This document shows positions 1 to 12,323 of a DNA stretch of 64,000 nt, piece after piece. The first letter of the stretch is position 1. Every line of letters begins with the position of its first letter. The position numbers and the translations under genes are program-made. The notes beneath the pieces are model-generated. The model did not search any database. It saw nothing but the letters and a program-made list of their open reading frames with translations, and had not been told where the DNA came from. Source of the stretch: Podarcis gaigeae (Eukaryota); assembly GCA_964106915.2 (NCBI GenBank), contig OZ066915.1; one strand, written 5' to 3'.

Positions 1-280
1 CTGTATTCAGTTCTCCACAGAGAATATTTAAAGGTTTCTTCAGTGAAGGATGCTATCCTCTTAAACAAAAAGAAATAACAAAATAGGATCCCTAACTTAA
101 TGAATTGCAGCTAGTCTATTGTGGTTGTTTTCCTTTAACTCCCACAGCCCGATGGATTCCCCCCCCCCCCTAAATCAGCATTACTGTGCATACTGTCATT
201 TCTTTCATACTAGTGACTTTGCCAAATGATCAGACTTTTCTTCAGCTCTGTAAGTCTTGCCTTCTGCCTGCTACTTACTT

Positions 281-521
281 GAGAGCCAGTGTGGTGTAGT
301 GGTTAAGAGCAGTAGACTCATAATCTGGGTAACCGGGTTCGCGTCTCCGCTCCTCCACATGCAGCTGCTGGGTGACCTTGGGCCAGTCACACTTCTTTGA
401 AGTCTCTCACCCCACTCACCTCACAGAGTGTTTGTTGTGGGGAAGGAAGGGAAAGGAGAATGTTAGTCACTTTGAGACTCATTCAGGTAGTGATAAAGCC
501 TGATATCAAATCCAAACTCTT
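281..521 (+). mobile_element. tRNA-derived SINE, Squam3-like
   Basis: Head GAGAGCCAGTGTGGTGTAGTGGTTAAGAG (A box) and GGGTTCGCGTCTCC (B-box-like); CTCTTCT tail; flanked by direct repeat CTACTTAC (271-278 / 522-529). Family name from recall. Confidence 0.8.
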
Positions 522-1763
522 CTACTTACCACTCATTTGTTGTTCTTACCAGATTCTTAGAACTTACAGCTCTTTGTCAAAACTCCATGAACTATCTCTT
601 CATCTTGTGGAGCTCATCAGTTTAAATAAGTTTCAACAACAATGATTTCTACATCCACATAGTTGAGCACATACCTCTATAACTAAATAGATAGGGAGCA
701 GTGATGGTTCTCTCCCCTGAGACGTCTTCAGTTTTAATTGCATTTCTTTCCTTTGATAAGGCCAGTAGCTTTGCTTCTAAGTGTTCAATTAATTTAGAAA
801 GAAAGTGAAGTCTCCACAGTAATCCGGCAAGAATGTTTCTTCCCATGAGGTTTTAGAAAATAAAACAATGAGGCCTTTATCCCTGGACAACAGCAAAGCG
901 GCAAAGTGAGGATTGAATCCCATCGACCCCAATAGCAGAGTGTTTCATCACCAAAGGGGGGTTTGAAGAAGACAGACTTGTAAATGCATGCTCGATGTTT
1001 CATTAAACTGTCCTTTCACCTCCATTCTTGAACTTCGTTTTCAGCTGTCACACCTTGAGCAATTAGATATCGCCACATTAATTTAAACACAATTTAGCTT
1101 TCGGAGCAGATCAAGACATGATGCATCAGACGAGTAAGGCACAAAAAGACACAACACTCTTTGGAGGACAAAGGCGTTCTTCCAAGAACGCTGGAAGGCA
1201 TACCTTAAAAAGGCTGCTGATGGTAGTGAGGAGAGATAACTTAAATCTTTTCAAACATGTGCAACTGAAGGGGACAAAATGAGCCGAGATCCATTTAATG
1301 GACCTTCAGAGGCAAACCTCAACTCTGTTACACTTAACAGAATTTCGCTTTCTAAAAGTCTCTCCAGAGCACAGTTGTCATAGGTGAGATGTCATCTGAC
1401 AAGGTGAGGCTTGCTCATCAACTAGCAGCAGGCACTATATCCAAATGCTGGAGACAAACAATGGCAGAATGCCGATACTCTCCTCTGGTGCTTATGAGAC
1501 AAAACTCACAAGCTGTGTACAAAACAGGGGTAGGACATCTCCCCCTTGCTTTATGATAGTGATGATGATGTTCCTATCCATTTAAATGGGACACTTTTTG
1601 GCAATGCAAATTGCAGGCATCTTGTGTTGCGCCCATAGCAGGGAAGAGAGTACTAAAACTCCTGCTACATACCCTGGCACCAGAGTCCTGACCCATATGA
1701 CAGGCCCATGTTGGCTTTTTGTATAAGCGAAGGAGGGCTAAATTACTAATGACATGTGTAGTA

Positions 1764-1989
1764 CAGTGGCACCTTGGGTTAAGTACTTAATTCGTTCCGG
1801 AGGTCCGTTCTTAACCTGAGACTGTTCTTAACCTGAAGCACCACTTTAGCTAATGGGGCCTCTTGCTGCTGCCGCGCCGCCGGAGCACGATTTCTGTTCT
1901 CATCCTGAAGCAACGTTCTTAAGCCAAGGTACTATTTCTGGGTTAGCGGAGTCTGTAACCTGAAGCGTAAGTAACCCGAGGTACCACTG
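1764..1989. mobile_element. Tc1/mariner-pogo (Tigger-like) MITE
   Basis: TIRs CAGTGGCACC...GGTACCACTG with TA on both sides (1762-63, 1990-91); body near-identical to the copy at 2707-2918. Confidence 0.85.
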
Positions 1990-2684
1990 TACAGGTTTAA
2001 GCCTTCCGTGACACTAGGAATCCAACAGAAGTAAAGCTATAATCAAAATATCTATGGGTATTATCAGTCATGCTTGATAGTAATCCATATCTTGGGCTGT
2101 AGGACAGGCATAACGATGAGGTTTGGTTACTTTTGCCAATTAACCAAAAAACTATGGAGTGATAAATGGTTCCATTTGTTCTCTCTCACGTGTTGGAACT
2201 TCCTCAACCCAAAATTTCATCTTATTCCAGCAAGAACCAATTCATTCATTGCCTGAATTCTGCCACCTTGTCACCAGGTACCTGGTTATCTGTATTTAAA
2301 ACCCCATAGATAAGAGAGGAGGCAATTGCACATTTGATTGAATGATTGACAAAATGAAAGAAAACTTCATTACAGGAAGGTTAGCAGCACAGCCCAAAAC
2401 AATTAACTACTATTAGAGAGGGAGGAGCAGCTAAAAGAGCAAAGTACATTTCAGAGCAGTGAAGAGACCCCCTGCAGCTTGATTGCTGTCTGTTAAGGGG
2501 AGCATTATGCTTCTCTCCTACTTTGCACATCCAAGAGCAATATTTAGACAGAAAGCCCAGCCTTGGTGAATATTCTCCAACACTCTTAGCAGCAACAGCA
2601 GGTGGATGTGCAGATTAATTGCATGAGGGCATTAGTGTGAAGTGTACTGGAGAAGTTTAATCTGCTATCCTTAGTCAGGGATTC

Positions 2685-2708
2685 CACACACACACACACA
2701 CACACACA
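2685..2708. repeat. (CA)12 microsatellite
   Basis: Read directly; runs into the MITE left TIR. Confidence 0.95.
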
Positions 2709-2914
2709 GTGGTACCTCAGGTTAAGAACTTAATTCATTCTGGAGGTCTGTTTTTAACCTGAAACTGTTCTTAACCTGAAGCACCACTTCAGCTAATGGG
2801 GCCTCCCACTGCCACCGCGCTGCCAGAGCACAATTTCTGTTCTATCCTGAAGCAAAGTTCTTAACCCGAGGTTAGTGGAGTCTGTAACCTGAAGCATCTG
2901 TAACCCGAGGTACC

Positions 2915-2918
<4 letters not shown>
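2707..2918. mobile_element. Tc1/mariner-pogo MITE, same family as 1764-1989
   Basis: TIRs CAGTGGTACCTC...GAGGTACCACTG; shared internal TTAACCTGAAGCACCACTT; flanked by (CA)n and (TG)n instead of TA. Confidence 0.85.

Positions 2919-2954
<36 letters not shown>
2917..2954. repeat. (TG)19 microsatellite
   Basis: Read directly; runs out of the MITE right TIR. Confidence 0.95.
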
Positions 2955-2961
<7 letters not shown>

Positions 2962-3613
2962 TCAAGGATTACTAAGTAATATGATTTTTTAACTTTAAAC
3001 ATATAGACTAAACAGTTTCCTCTATACAATATGTTTGGGGGACAACAATGAGTGAGGGAAGATGATTCTGAGATACCTGAGATTTGTTTTGTGCTCATCT
3101 AGCAGAGATGAGCAGGGATTATTTTATTAATGGTGTGCCATTGTGACTTTTCCTATTATAAAAGGTCTACACACAAAAAACCCCCATACCCTTCATATCA
3201 TAAAAAGCTTTCAATAATAATTTGAAACAGGGTGATGTGTCAAGCTGCTCACCTGCCTTAGAGCCATGTTCTCTTAACAAGGAAGCTCTCCCCTCCCCCA
3301 TTATAGTTTTAAAAGGAGGAACAACAAAACCGCTTCACCACTGTGGATCTAAAAGCCCAGAAAAGCTTATTTTGGGTCAGCCTGAGGGAAACTTTCCAGA
3401 AGCTACATGCCAATGGTTGAAGAGGCCAGAAGCAAAAAATGGGTGAAGCAAACGATGTGACACCTACTTTTGTATAGTTGGCTACATTTTGGCCAGGCAA
3501 AAATCGACACACTCAACACATACACACCCACCCACTCTACCACATCCTTCATCCAGACAAGGAAAAGGCATTATCATAGTTTAAGCCAGGCAAAGTACTT
3601 GAGGAGAGCAGTA

Positions 3614-3830
3614 CAGAACAGTTTCTATCCAAATGCAATTTTGGTTTTTAACGCAGTGTAAGGTACTCTCTATGGGAGTATACTGTATTTAATTATGGGG
3701 TATCAGAGTTTTTAGGGGGCTAACCAGAATGGGATAGCTGGGATAGCAGGCTTGTTGGTTTTTGAATGTCTGATGTAGATTTTTTCAATTTCGTTGTTCT
3801 GTATGGGACAATAGAGATTATCGTATCGTA
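3614..3830 (+). mobile_element. Rex1/Babar-like LINE 3' fragment
   Basis: Encodes NSFYPNAILVFN (Rex1 ORF C-terminal NSFxPxAIxxLN-type motif), followed by a 3'UTR with CAATTTCGTTGT and a TATCGTATCGTA tail. Confidence 0.6.
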
Positions 3831-4231
3831 AGGGTGTGTGTCCTGGGGTGGAGGCCTACCTTGAGTAGCCTGGGTGGCCATATTGGGCCCCTGAGGCTCA
3901 GATTCCCCATCACTGGCTTATGCCTTTCTAAATCTGCTTAATTTTGTTGCTTTTGCTGCAAGTGACGAACACAGCTACCCCTCTGAGGCTTGTTACAATG
4001 GAAGGCACCAGATTTAAAGCGTATTTGTAAGTTACTGAGAAATGAGAAAGTCATCCTGCCTCTACTTGCAGACCTCTGCTTCTTTACCATAGTATTAAGT
4101 GTCACATGGCCAAGTCCTTATATTCTTACAGAAGATGAATACAAAAGAGGAAAGCTGGGCTTTAGAGAGAGCCACTTTGCTAAGGAAACACTCCTCCTCT
4201 CACACCATAGCAGCCAAAGCTGGGACTATAC

Positions 4232-4471
4232 TGTATTTGTTAAATAGTGGGTGGACATAGCAGACGACGCAGCGATTTCTCCAAAGCAGCTCTTTATTTA
4301 TAAGCTGGAACAGAACTGAACAGCAACCAGCTCAGCCGGCCTGCTTTTATAGGCAGCCGGCTGTCAACATTGTAGCAACAACAACCCAGGGTTTCCCGCC
4401 TAAATTAACTGACGTGGACCTGAGTGAAAACTATATACATGATACTCCTGGTGGCCAGGGTGAGAACTTCA
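4232..4471 (-). mobile_element. Probable solo LTR
   Basis: On the minus strand: TG...CA termini, TATAAAA (4351-4345) followed by AATAAA (4298-4293) in U3-R-U5 order, CpG retained. TSD imperfect (ATAC/ATAT), left boundary approximate. Confidence 0.5.
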
Positions 4472-4479
4472 ATATATAA

Positions 4480-4852
4480 CAGTATTGGACCAAATATAAG
4501 CCGCACCCGAATATAAGCCACACCTTTAAAATTGGAGGGGGGGGGAGAGAAAAAAAGAAAAAATACCCGAATATAAGCCGCTCCATTCCTCGCTGCTCCT
4601 GGGTGCATGCTGGGGTGGTGGGAGCCATGTTGTGTTGCCGGTGGCCCTTCCCCTTCCTCACTCTCTCCCTTCCTGACCTTGGGGGAGAGGATGAGGGACT
4701 ACGCACGGGGCGGGTGCCGCTTTGCCACACTCCTGGCGCTGTTTGCCCCATGCTCCTGGTTGCATACCATAAGGTCTCAAATGTAAGCCACACTTTAACT
4801 TTTCACGGTTGGAATTTGGGGGAAAGTGAGGCTTATATTCAGGCCAATAAGG
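4480..4852. mobile_element. pogo/Tc2-like MITE
   Basis: Inverted ends CAGTATTGGACC.AATATAAGC / GCTTATATTCAGGCCAATAAGG-TA; internal repeats of AATATAAGCC. Confidence 0.7.
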
Positions 4853-7800
4853 TAAATGGAAGGTGAAATGCTTCTCCCGAACTGGGAATTAGTTGTGGCA
4901 AAAAATACGGAGTGTTGTTGGGCTAGTCAGGCTGCCTGCCATCATTTTCTCTCCTGCTGATCTTGGGAGTTTGGGGAAGAGAGGAGAGTAGTAATTAACA
5001 TAGAAAAAACTCTCATGCCTAAGAAGGAATTCTGAACTTGGGCCAGCCAAGAATACCATATATACGGAACAAAAAGCTGGGTTTGGGCCTGTTTTGGAAG
5101 GGCACTGAGGGAAATTGCTCTGGGCTCACCCATGGAGGGGGCTCACCCATTGAAGAGCCACATCAGCATTGGAACGGCTGCATTGTTGTCAACTGTTAGA
5201 AGCAACCATCTCTGCTTGCTGCCGCTCTCATCAGCTGGGCTGGGCCTTCTGGGCTGAGCTCCAGAACCTCATAGCCCTAAGCTCTCTGCAAAGGACTACC
5301 AAGACATGATGAGACCAGCAGCAAACCAAAGTGGCATCAGCATCCTTTCTCTTTCCTTAGTTTTAAAAACCTCTTATAGTCAAGGGGCAGCCAGATGGGC
5401 GTGTACACAGTTACTTATGTTCATTTTATTACCATTATTATATTTATATATTGTTTTCTGCTACAAAATTATATTCATTTCCTGGTAAATGTGATTAGCT
5501 TCAGAGCAGCAGATGTAAACTCGGCTTATTCCTGTATTCATAATGGTTACTGTGATTTAAGTGAATTTAAAATGGGAAACTACACATGCTCAGTTTTGAG
5601 TGGTTTTGGGGTTTTTAAAAAGCAGGATGACTTTTTATTTTTTTTTTATTCTGAAATATTGGGAATGTAGAAGCATTTGTGTGTGTGAGAGAGAGAGAGC
5701 AAGCAGGTAAGAGAGAAATGTGTGCTTCACAACAAAAGGAATACACCTAAAGACCCTCCAGTGCTCCTTCAGCCTTTCAGAACCCCCATAGGTCCCTAAA
5801 GCCCAAGGCTGCCACCCTCAAAATTAAATTCACTGCCAGGAAGGTTTGGCCAGCAGGCACCACCAATGCATTTTTGAACTATGAACAGCCCTTTTACATG
5901 CAAGCTGCTGCTAGTGTCATCCAGGCTCTCTGCTCTGCCAGATTCTGACTGGCCAGCAGATTCAGAAAAGAGGCAATGAGAAACGTAGGGGAACACTTCT
6001 AACTGGCCACTACCAGCAGAGAAGAGAGACCAATTTGAACTTGTTCCATCTCTTCTCCCTGCTGATAATGTCTAATTTGAACTGTCCTACAATTCTAATT
6101 GGATGCTACCAGCAGAAAAAAAACCCCAGTATTGATCTCTGGTACATAAACCCATACAAAAAGAGGAATTGGTTGGCATCCATCTGTCTCAGGAGACAAT
6201 GGAAGAGTGTGCTTTTGGGAGTGAAGTAGGAATCATATGCCAAACATTACCTTGAAAAACCTGTCAGACTAGTTGGTCCTGCGGAGAAGATGGCACCCAA
6301 ACTCTGGTCTGTTGTGCCAGAGAGTCCAAAGAGAAAATGGTGGTTATGTCAGTGGCAAACGTTTTGATTTTTTTAAAAAGGAAGAAACCTTTTAAATATA
6401 TTTTATGGCAGTATTCCGACATACATTCCGACATACATCAACGAAACCCTAAACGAACCGCATTGGATGTTGTTGGGATAAACCTTCCTTCCTTTCCTCA
6501 TCACCCTTGTCCACGACATGCAAAGAACATCTGTGAAGAAACTGAAGAAGAGGCAAATGCATTGCCATCGAGTGGAAGCCACTTATTCAGATGTAAAATC
6601 AAGAACATGGAGACACAAATCAATTTTCCCAGATGGAAAACGTGACTGCAAGCTAACTGGCACAGACAAATTCAGGGCAGAAACATGCTGCAGGATCTTA
6701 AATAAACTTTGCATAGGAGAAGTGCGCCTGTGTTTACGCAGAAGATGTCCAAATTTATTTGTGTTTCTGCCAGGACTATTTCCTAAATCATTCCTCCAGT
6801 CCTTTACAAACCAGGTCCTGTGGAAGGCTGTGCTGCTACCCCACTCCGCCCAGGCGTTATTCTACTCTGCTAGGAACTCTGTTTTGCTTGTTACTGCTCA
6901 GGCAAGGTGAACTGGGGTTCAAAGATGGCAGAACAACAAGGCCCCCACCACATAAAACATGCACAGACACATATGAAAACTGAGTTTTGCTTTCATGTAT
7001 GGACATATGTTGCTCTTGTCCCAGGAAAACTTATGTGGGGCAGGCCTTTGGTTCATTCCCTCCATTAGGTCATTTGAGGTTTGGCCCAAATCCTTGAAAA
7101 GCTGTCTATGCAAGGTATGATCTTGGAATGTGAAAATCAGTGTCCAAGAGAAAGTTTGTTCCTTTGTGGAATGGTTGCATAGCCCAGCACATCAGGACTC
7201 CCAGGCAAGTAGAAGCTGATTTGTTAAGCCAATCTTACAAATGGATTTCAAGCCAATCTTACAAGAGGGACCTTTGTAGTTTAGAAGCCTCTCATCTATT
7301 ATGTTTATAGCTCTTTCTCTGTACCTGGCATTGACTTTATGAAGAAAGATTTCTTGAAGGATCACACAGGTAAGCAATAGCAAAGCCTCTTTTTTCCCTT
7401 TTTTGATTTCGTAGGTGGCTGCAGTTGGGTATGGAAGAGCTGATCTCCCAGCCCTGCTAGACTACCACTACCAGAGCACATCCTTCGGCTTCAATAGCAT
7501 TTTGGCTTACAGATCAGATGCACTACACTTCCAGGCCCATTTATTTATATGATCATTATATAGGCTGAGCAGATTGTTTCAGAAAGTGCCACTCCCGGGT
7601 TTGAGGCATGTGCCTTCCCCAGATTCACAATGGAGCCATTAGCCAATATAGCCATCTTGCTTTCCCTACCCCCAAGCCCAACCAGAAATAGTAGTAAAAA
7701 TCGTCAGAATTCAGATGCAAAGCTCCCTTCTGGAAGTCCCTCCTATAGTCAGATTTAACTGTGTTACTAAAAGCACAGGCAGAGAGGGAATGGAATGACT

Positions 7801-9339
7801 TGCTTTTCAAATAGCAGTTGCTGAGCACTACAAGGACACAGCAGAGGGAGCTTGTAGAGCTACGAGAAATGTAATGAGATGGCGTCCGTCACAGGCCCTA
7901 TGCACCTGACCGCATAACCACATTTCTTACAATGCTCCAAATTACCGTACTGTATCAATTCATACAAAACATGACGTTTTCTTCAGAACATTGTGCTGTG
8001 CTTGTGAAATATAACAATGCACTTTGTTTAAACAACATTGTTCATGCTGATGAAAATCAGAATTGTCGTTCCCATTGCACTGGAGCACATGCTAGTACTG
8101 CAATGATCTACCTACCCAATTTGGATAAAATACCTTTATTTTTGCTGCCGATACTGTGGATTAAACATCTTTGCATGCAATCACCATATATTTACTTTTT
8201 GGGCAAATCATGCATGCAAACTACTAGGTTTCTTTTACAATTTGAGTGGCAGCAGAGAAGGGCAGGAGTAGCAGGGCAGAGGGAGACAGGAAGACAGAAC
8301 TAGGAAGTAGGAATCGCAAACTGTGAAGAGGCAGTGGGTACAGGTTGCTCCAGCATCTTTAGCAATCCTTTCCCACCTCCACCCTTTATCTAATAAGCAT
8401 TAGTCCTGATCACAAGGACTAGAAACCTGTTTTCCATGGCCCAGAAATGCACTGTACTGATTCCAATTCACTCTGATCTAGTAATTTTGTATTTCTCCTC
8501 AATAGTCTAGGAGAACATAGAGGAATGGATGAAAATATACAAAGGCAGCCTAATTCCAGACTATTATCAATTATTTACCCAGATAAAGAAACAGCTGCCT
8601 CCTCTCGACAATGAAGAACAGACTGCTCCACCACCAGCCAGCACTTGGATTAGTTAACATGCAACTGCTGGCACCCCCAAGGCTAGCACCTCACATTGGA
8701 AATAAGCAGCTGTTTATGAATAACTGGATGCTTTTTCCTGCCCCAACCTCTCTGCACATTTGAGCCATCCCAACAAAAAAGAAGAGCTTCCTTCCGTGTG
8801 AAGCCAGCACATTCATGTGGCAGTCTCACCAAGACATAGTATTTGCAAATTATCACAGCCTTCCTTAAAGCCAAGTTTGGAAAGCGGTAGCAATTGTGGC
8901 AATCAGAAATGAGCCAGAAATCAAGCTTCTTTGGTGGCTAATTTCTGTTGTTCCCATAAACATGCCCTTAGATTTCCTGCTGGATCAAACAGGGAGATGA
9001 CATAGCTCAAAACACATGGCCGCTGATTCAAACGGCACCCTATAGTGAATTCCCACCCCAGCTCCATAACATACAGTAGAAATTGTATCCTGCGGTCATC
9101 AGGTTGTTTCCTGAATCAATAGCTGCCAATAGCAAGGGCATAAATCAAAGCATCATTTGGGGGTGGGAGGAGGAAGACCCTCAACCAAGGGTTACCAAAA
9201 GAGGCTACCTTTTGTCCAGCACTTGGGCACTGCTGAAAGCACTGCATGCCTCAGAGTTGCACTTACGTTTGTATTATAATCAATTCCAGACCTCTGGAAT
9301 CAGTTACCAGGTGAAATTAGGCAGGTGCATACATAGCAT

Positions 9340-9670
9340 GGGATGCGGGTGGCGCTGTGGTCTAAACCAGACCCTTGGGCTTGTCGATCAGAAGGTTGGC
9401 GGTTTGAATCCCCACAACAGGGTGAGCTCCTGTTGTTCGGTCCCAGCTCCTACCAACCTAGCAGTTCAAAAGCACGTCAAAGTGCAAGTAGGTAAACGGC
9501 ATTTCCGTGCGCTGCTCAGGTTTCGCCAGAAGTGGCCTAGTCATGCTGGTCACATGACCCGGAAGCTGTCTGTGGACGAACGCTGGCTCCCTTGGCCAGT
9601 AAAGCGAGATGAGCACCGCAACCCTAGTCGTCCGCGACTGGACTTAACGGTCAGGCATCCCTTTACCTTT
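9340..9670 (+). mobile_element. Sauria SINE (older, internally deleted copy)
   Basis: GGGATGCGGGTGGCGCTGTGG head, ACCTTT-type tail, 11-bp TSD ATACATAGCAT (9329-9339 / 9671-9681). Confidence 0.9.
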
Positions 9671-9921
9671 ATACATAGCATCTTGAAGCTTAGGCAACTA
9701 CTGAAGACATTTTGAAGGCTTTCCTTAAGATGACCCAGTCATTTAATTTAACCAATTGAATTTTCAATTGAAAAAGTAATTGTAGAAATGGTTTTATTAA
9801 ATTTAGTCTGCATTTTACCACTCATTTTATCTTATTGTTGTATGATTTGATATATTTTGACTGCAAAGCCGTTTATAAATATCTGTAATAAATTAATAGC
9901 ACTGTGCTATTGTAATTTTTT

Positions 9922-10279
9922 GGACGCGGGTGGCGCTGTGGGTAAAACCTCAGCCCCTAGGACTTGCTGATCATATGGTCGGCGGTTCGAATCCCCGCGG
10001 CGGGGTGAGCTCCCGTCGTTCGGTCCCAGCTCCTGCCCACCTAGCAGTTCGAAAGCACGCTTAAGTGCAAGTAGATAAATAGGGACCGCTTACCAGCGGG
10101 AAGGTAAACGGCGTTTCTGTGTGCTGCGCAGGTGCTGGCTCGCCAGAGCAGCTTCGTAACACTGGCCACGTGACCCAGAAGTGTCTCCGGACAGCGCTGG
10201 CCCCCGGCCTCTTAAGCAAGATGGGCGCGCAACCCCAGAGTTGGTCACGACTGGCCCATACGGGCAGGGGTACCTTTAC
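9922..10279 (+). mobile_element. Sauria SINE, full length
   Basis: GGACGCGGGTGGCGCTGTGG head, GGTTCGAATCCC B box, GGGGTACCTTTACC tail, 14-bp TSD CTATTGTAATTTTT (9907-9920 / 10280-10293). Confidence 0.92.
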
Positions 10280-10453
10280 CTATTGTAATTTTTATTAACT
10301 TTACATTTCTGGGGTCAACAGGAAGCACTGAAAACATGCTTGAAGATTGCTTCTTTTTCTGTGAAAAAGAGAATTTTATAGGGGCTTGGTATCACAAGAG
10401 AGCATACAAATCAAGACGCCGTACAGCAATTTTATACTAAAAGAATAAAGATT

Positions 10454-10459
10454 TTTATT
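10454..10459 (-). terminator. Probable FAM120A polyadenylation signal AATAAA
   Basis: AATAAA on the minus strand about 1.55 kb after the stop codon, followed downstream by U/GU-rich sequence (TGCTGTACGGCGTCTTGATTTGTATG); SINEs begin just beyond. Confidence 0.65.
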
Positions 10460-10987
10460 AAGCATTGTAAGTTGCATTCAATAGCCTTCAAATACACCAC
10501 ACCACAATCCATCTACAACCAATCAAACCCAACAGTAGTTCATTCTTGCACAATCCATGAGTTGGGGCAGAACTCCCTTCAACTTACATTAAGATACCTA
10601 CTTAGCTCTTGCGGGCAGGGAATGGGGAATTACACCTCATTTCTGATCACTAATGTGTGATGAAGAGCATCAGGAGAATTATATGAAAACAAATATAAAG
10701 AAATGATTCTGATTTTGAAGTACATTAAGTTTGGAAACACTAACAAAAACATCAAAATGATACAGGTATATTTGCTTATACTAAATTCTTGATGGGAAAG
10801 TTCTCAAGAACAAGCCATTTGTTTCCTGCTACAGAAGGGGGGTATTTCTTGAAGATCAAAGCTTTTTTTTGTTTTTCCACAGAATTTCATATTTGCTAAT
10901 ATGAAGGCATAAAACAGCAACAGAGAACAATAATGCATACAGCAATGAGTACACCAGGGTAACGTTGATATTCAAAACGGCTAGATA

Positions 10988-11119
10988 NNNNNNNNNNNNN
11001 NNNNNNNNNNNNNNNNNNNNNNNNNNNNNNNNNNNNNNNNNNNNNNNNNNNNNNNNNNNNNNNNNNNNNNNNNNNNNNNNNNNNNNNNNNNNNNNNNNNN
11101 NNNNNNNNNNNNNNNNNNN
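10988..11119. other. Assembly gap (132 N)
   Basis: Run of N inside the 3'UTR. Confidence 1.
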
Positions 11120-12011
11120 GTTTTGCAAATGGGCACAGTACTTGTAAGAATGGAAGAAAGAGGACAATAACATGCATAATATTAACTACACACTTTAAAA
11201 ATTATGAACCATGCAGAAGTTTAGCTCAAATAGTAGTACTAATGGTCTACGTCTGATTCAAAACCACATAGTTCATTGATCACGGATGCATGGTATTAGT
11301 CACAAAAAGTATCAGAACACATTGTGTTTGTTTTGAAAAGGTCATTTGCATCTTCTATGATTTTAAAGTTAAATCCATTTTACCTTGCTTGTAAAGTATG
11401 TATGATGTATATTTAAAATCAGCAGAACTCCAATATTACTCTATAATTTTTTTTTGATAGTTTGCACATTTTAAACATAAAAAGAACCACATCAACAGTG
11501 ATGAAATTTAAGAAAAGAAAGAACTGTGGTTGTGCCTTCCCCCCCATAATCATGAAATCAAAGCCTTAAAGAAAGCTTTGTGACACAGTAATGCAAAATC
11601 AAATATAATGGCATACATATGGTGCCAAATACTAAAAATTATATTTCAAGCTATATATACTGAAAGACTGCCAAAATTTGTTGTTGTTGTTTTAATATAT
11701 CTCAAGAAACAAAAACTACGAGCTTTTGTCATAACCAGTTTAAACTTTGTGTATACTTCATTTTAAGTGCGGGAGTCAAATGCTCTTCATTCTCTTTCAT
11801 TTTTGTTGTATTGTAGCATTTTGACTACAACTGGTTAAAACTAAAAATGTGTTCTTTAAATCTCTGACATCCAAGAGGGATCCAAATTTCCAAAGTCCTC
11901 ATTTTTCTCTTACGGAAAGGAAAAAATGTACGTAACTGTAGGCTCTCTTTCTTTCCAGATATTCCTAATCCTGACCCTTCCAACATCCTTCACCCTCTAT
12001 AAAAAATAAGT

Positions 12012-12323
12012 TTACTCTTCTTTTTTTAAGACAGTGGCCTCAAGAGTATCATCTTTATGGCAAACACTGTCTGCATTTAGTGCATTTAAGTGAGGATTTG
12101 TATTGCACGTTTTAGAGTCATTACTCAAGGCACTTTCAGACTGGTTGGAAGCCCTGACGTCTGCTGTACTCCCATTCATCTGGGAGGCTGGTTTCTCCTC
12201 GTTCACTACTCCATTTTCAGCCAGGGATCCTTCTGAAGACACAATAGAGGACTTGGATTCCTCTGATTTTGACTTAAGTTCTTTGGCCACTTCTTCTGCT
12301 GAAGCAGCATAAGGAGGTTTGCC
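12012..12323 (-). CDS. FAM120A: FAM120A exon 18 (coding part, 312 nt, terminal)
   Basis: aaatag|GGC AAA CCT; GKPPYAASAEEVAKELKSK...TCNTNPHLNAL...LKKEE TAA. Confidence 0.96.
   Translation of the reverse strand, partial: GKPPYAASAEEVAKELKSKSEESKSSIVSSEGSLAENGVVNEEKPASQMNGSTADVRASNQSESALSNDSKTCNTNPHLNALNADSVCHKDDTLEATVLKKEE

Larger units (their letters stand above)
10430..12011 (-). other. FAM120A: FAM120A 3'UTR (approximate 3' end)
   Basis: AU-rich stretch with no recognisable repeats between the stop codon and the AATAAA; cleavage site inferred. Confidence 0.65.

Noticed and set aside
9083-9715. 210-aa plus-strand ORF
   Set aside because: Half of it is a Sauria SINE; no domain-like content.
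11135-11141. miR-101-type seed match GTACTGT in the 3'UTR
   Set aside because: A single 7-mer in 1.6 kb is expected by chance without conservation data.
10856-11177. ORFs spanning the N run
   Set aside because: Artefacts of the assembly gap.
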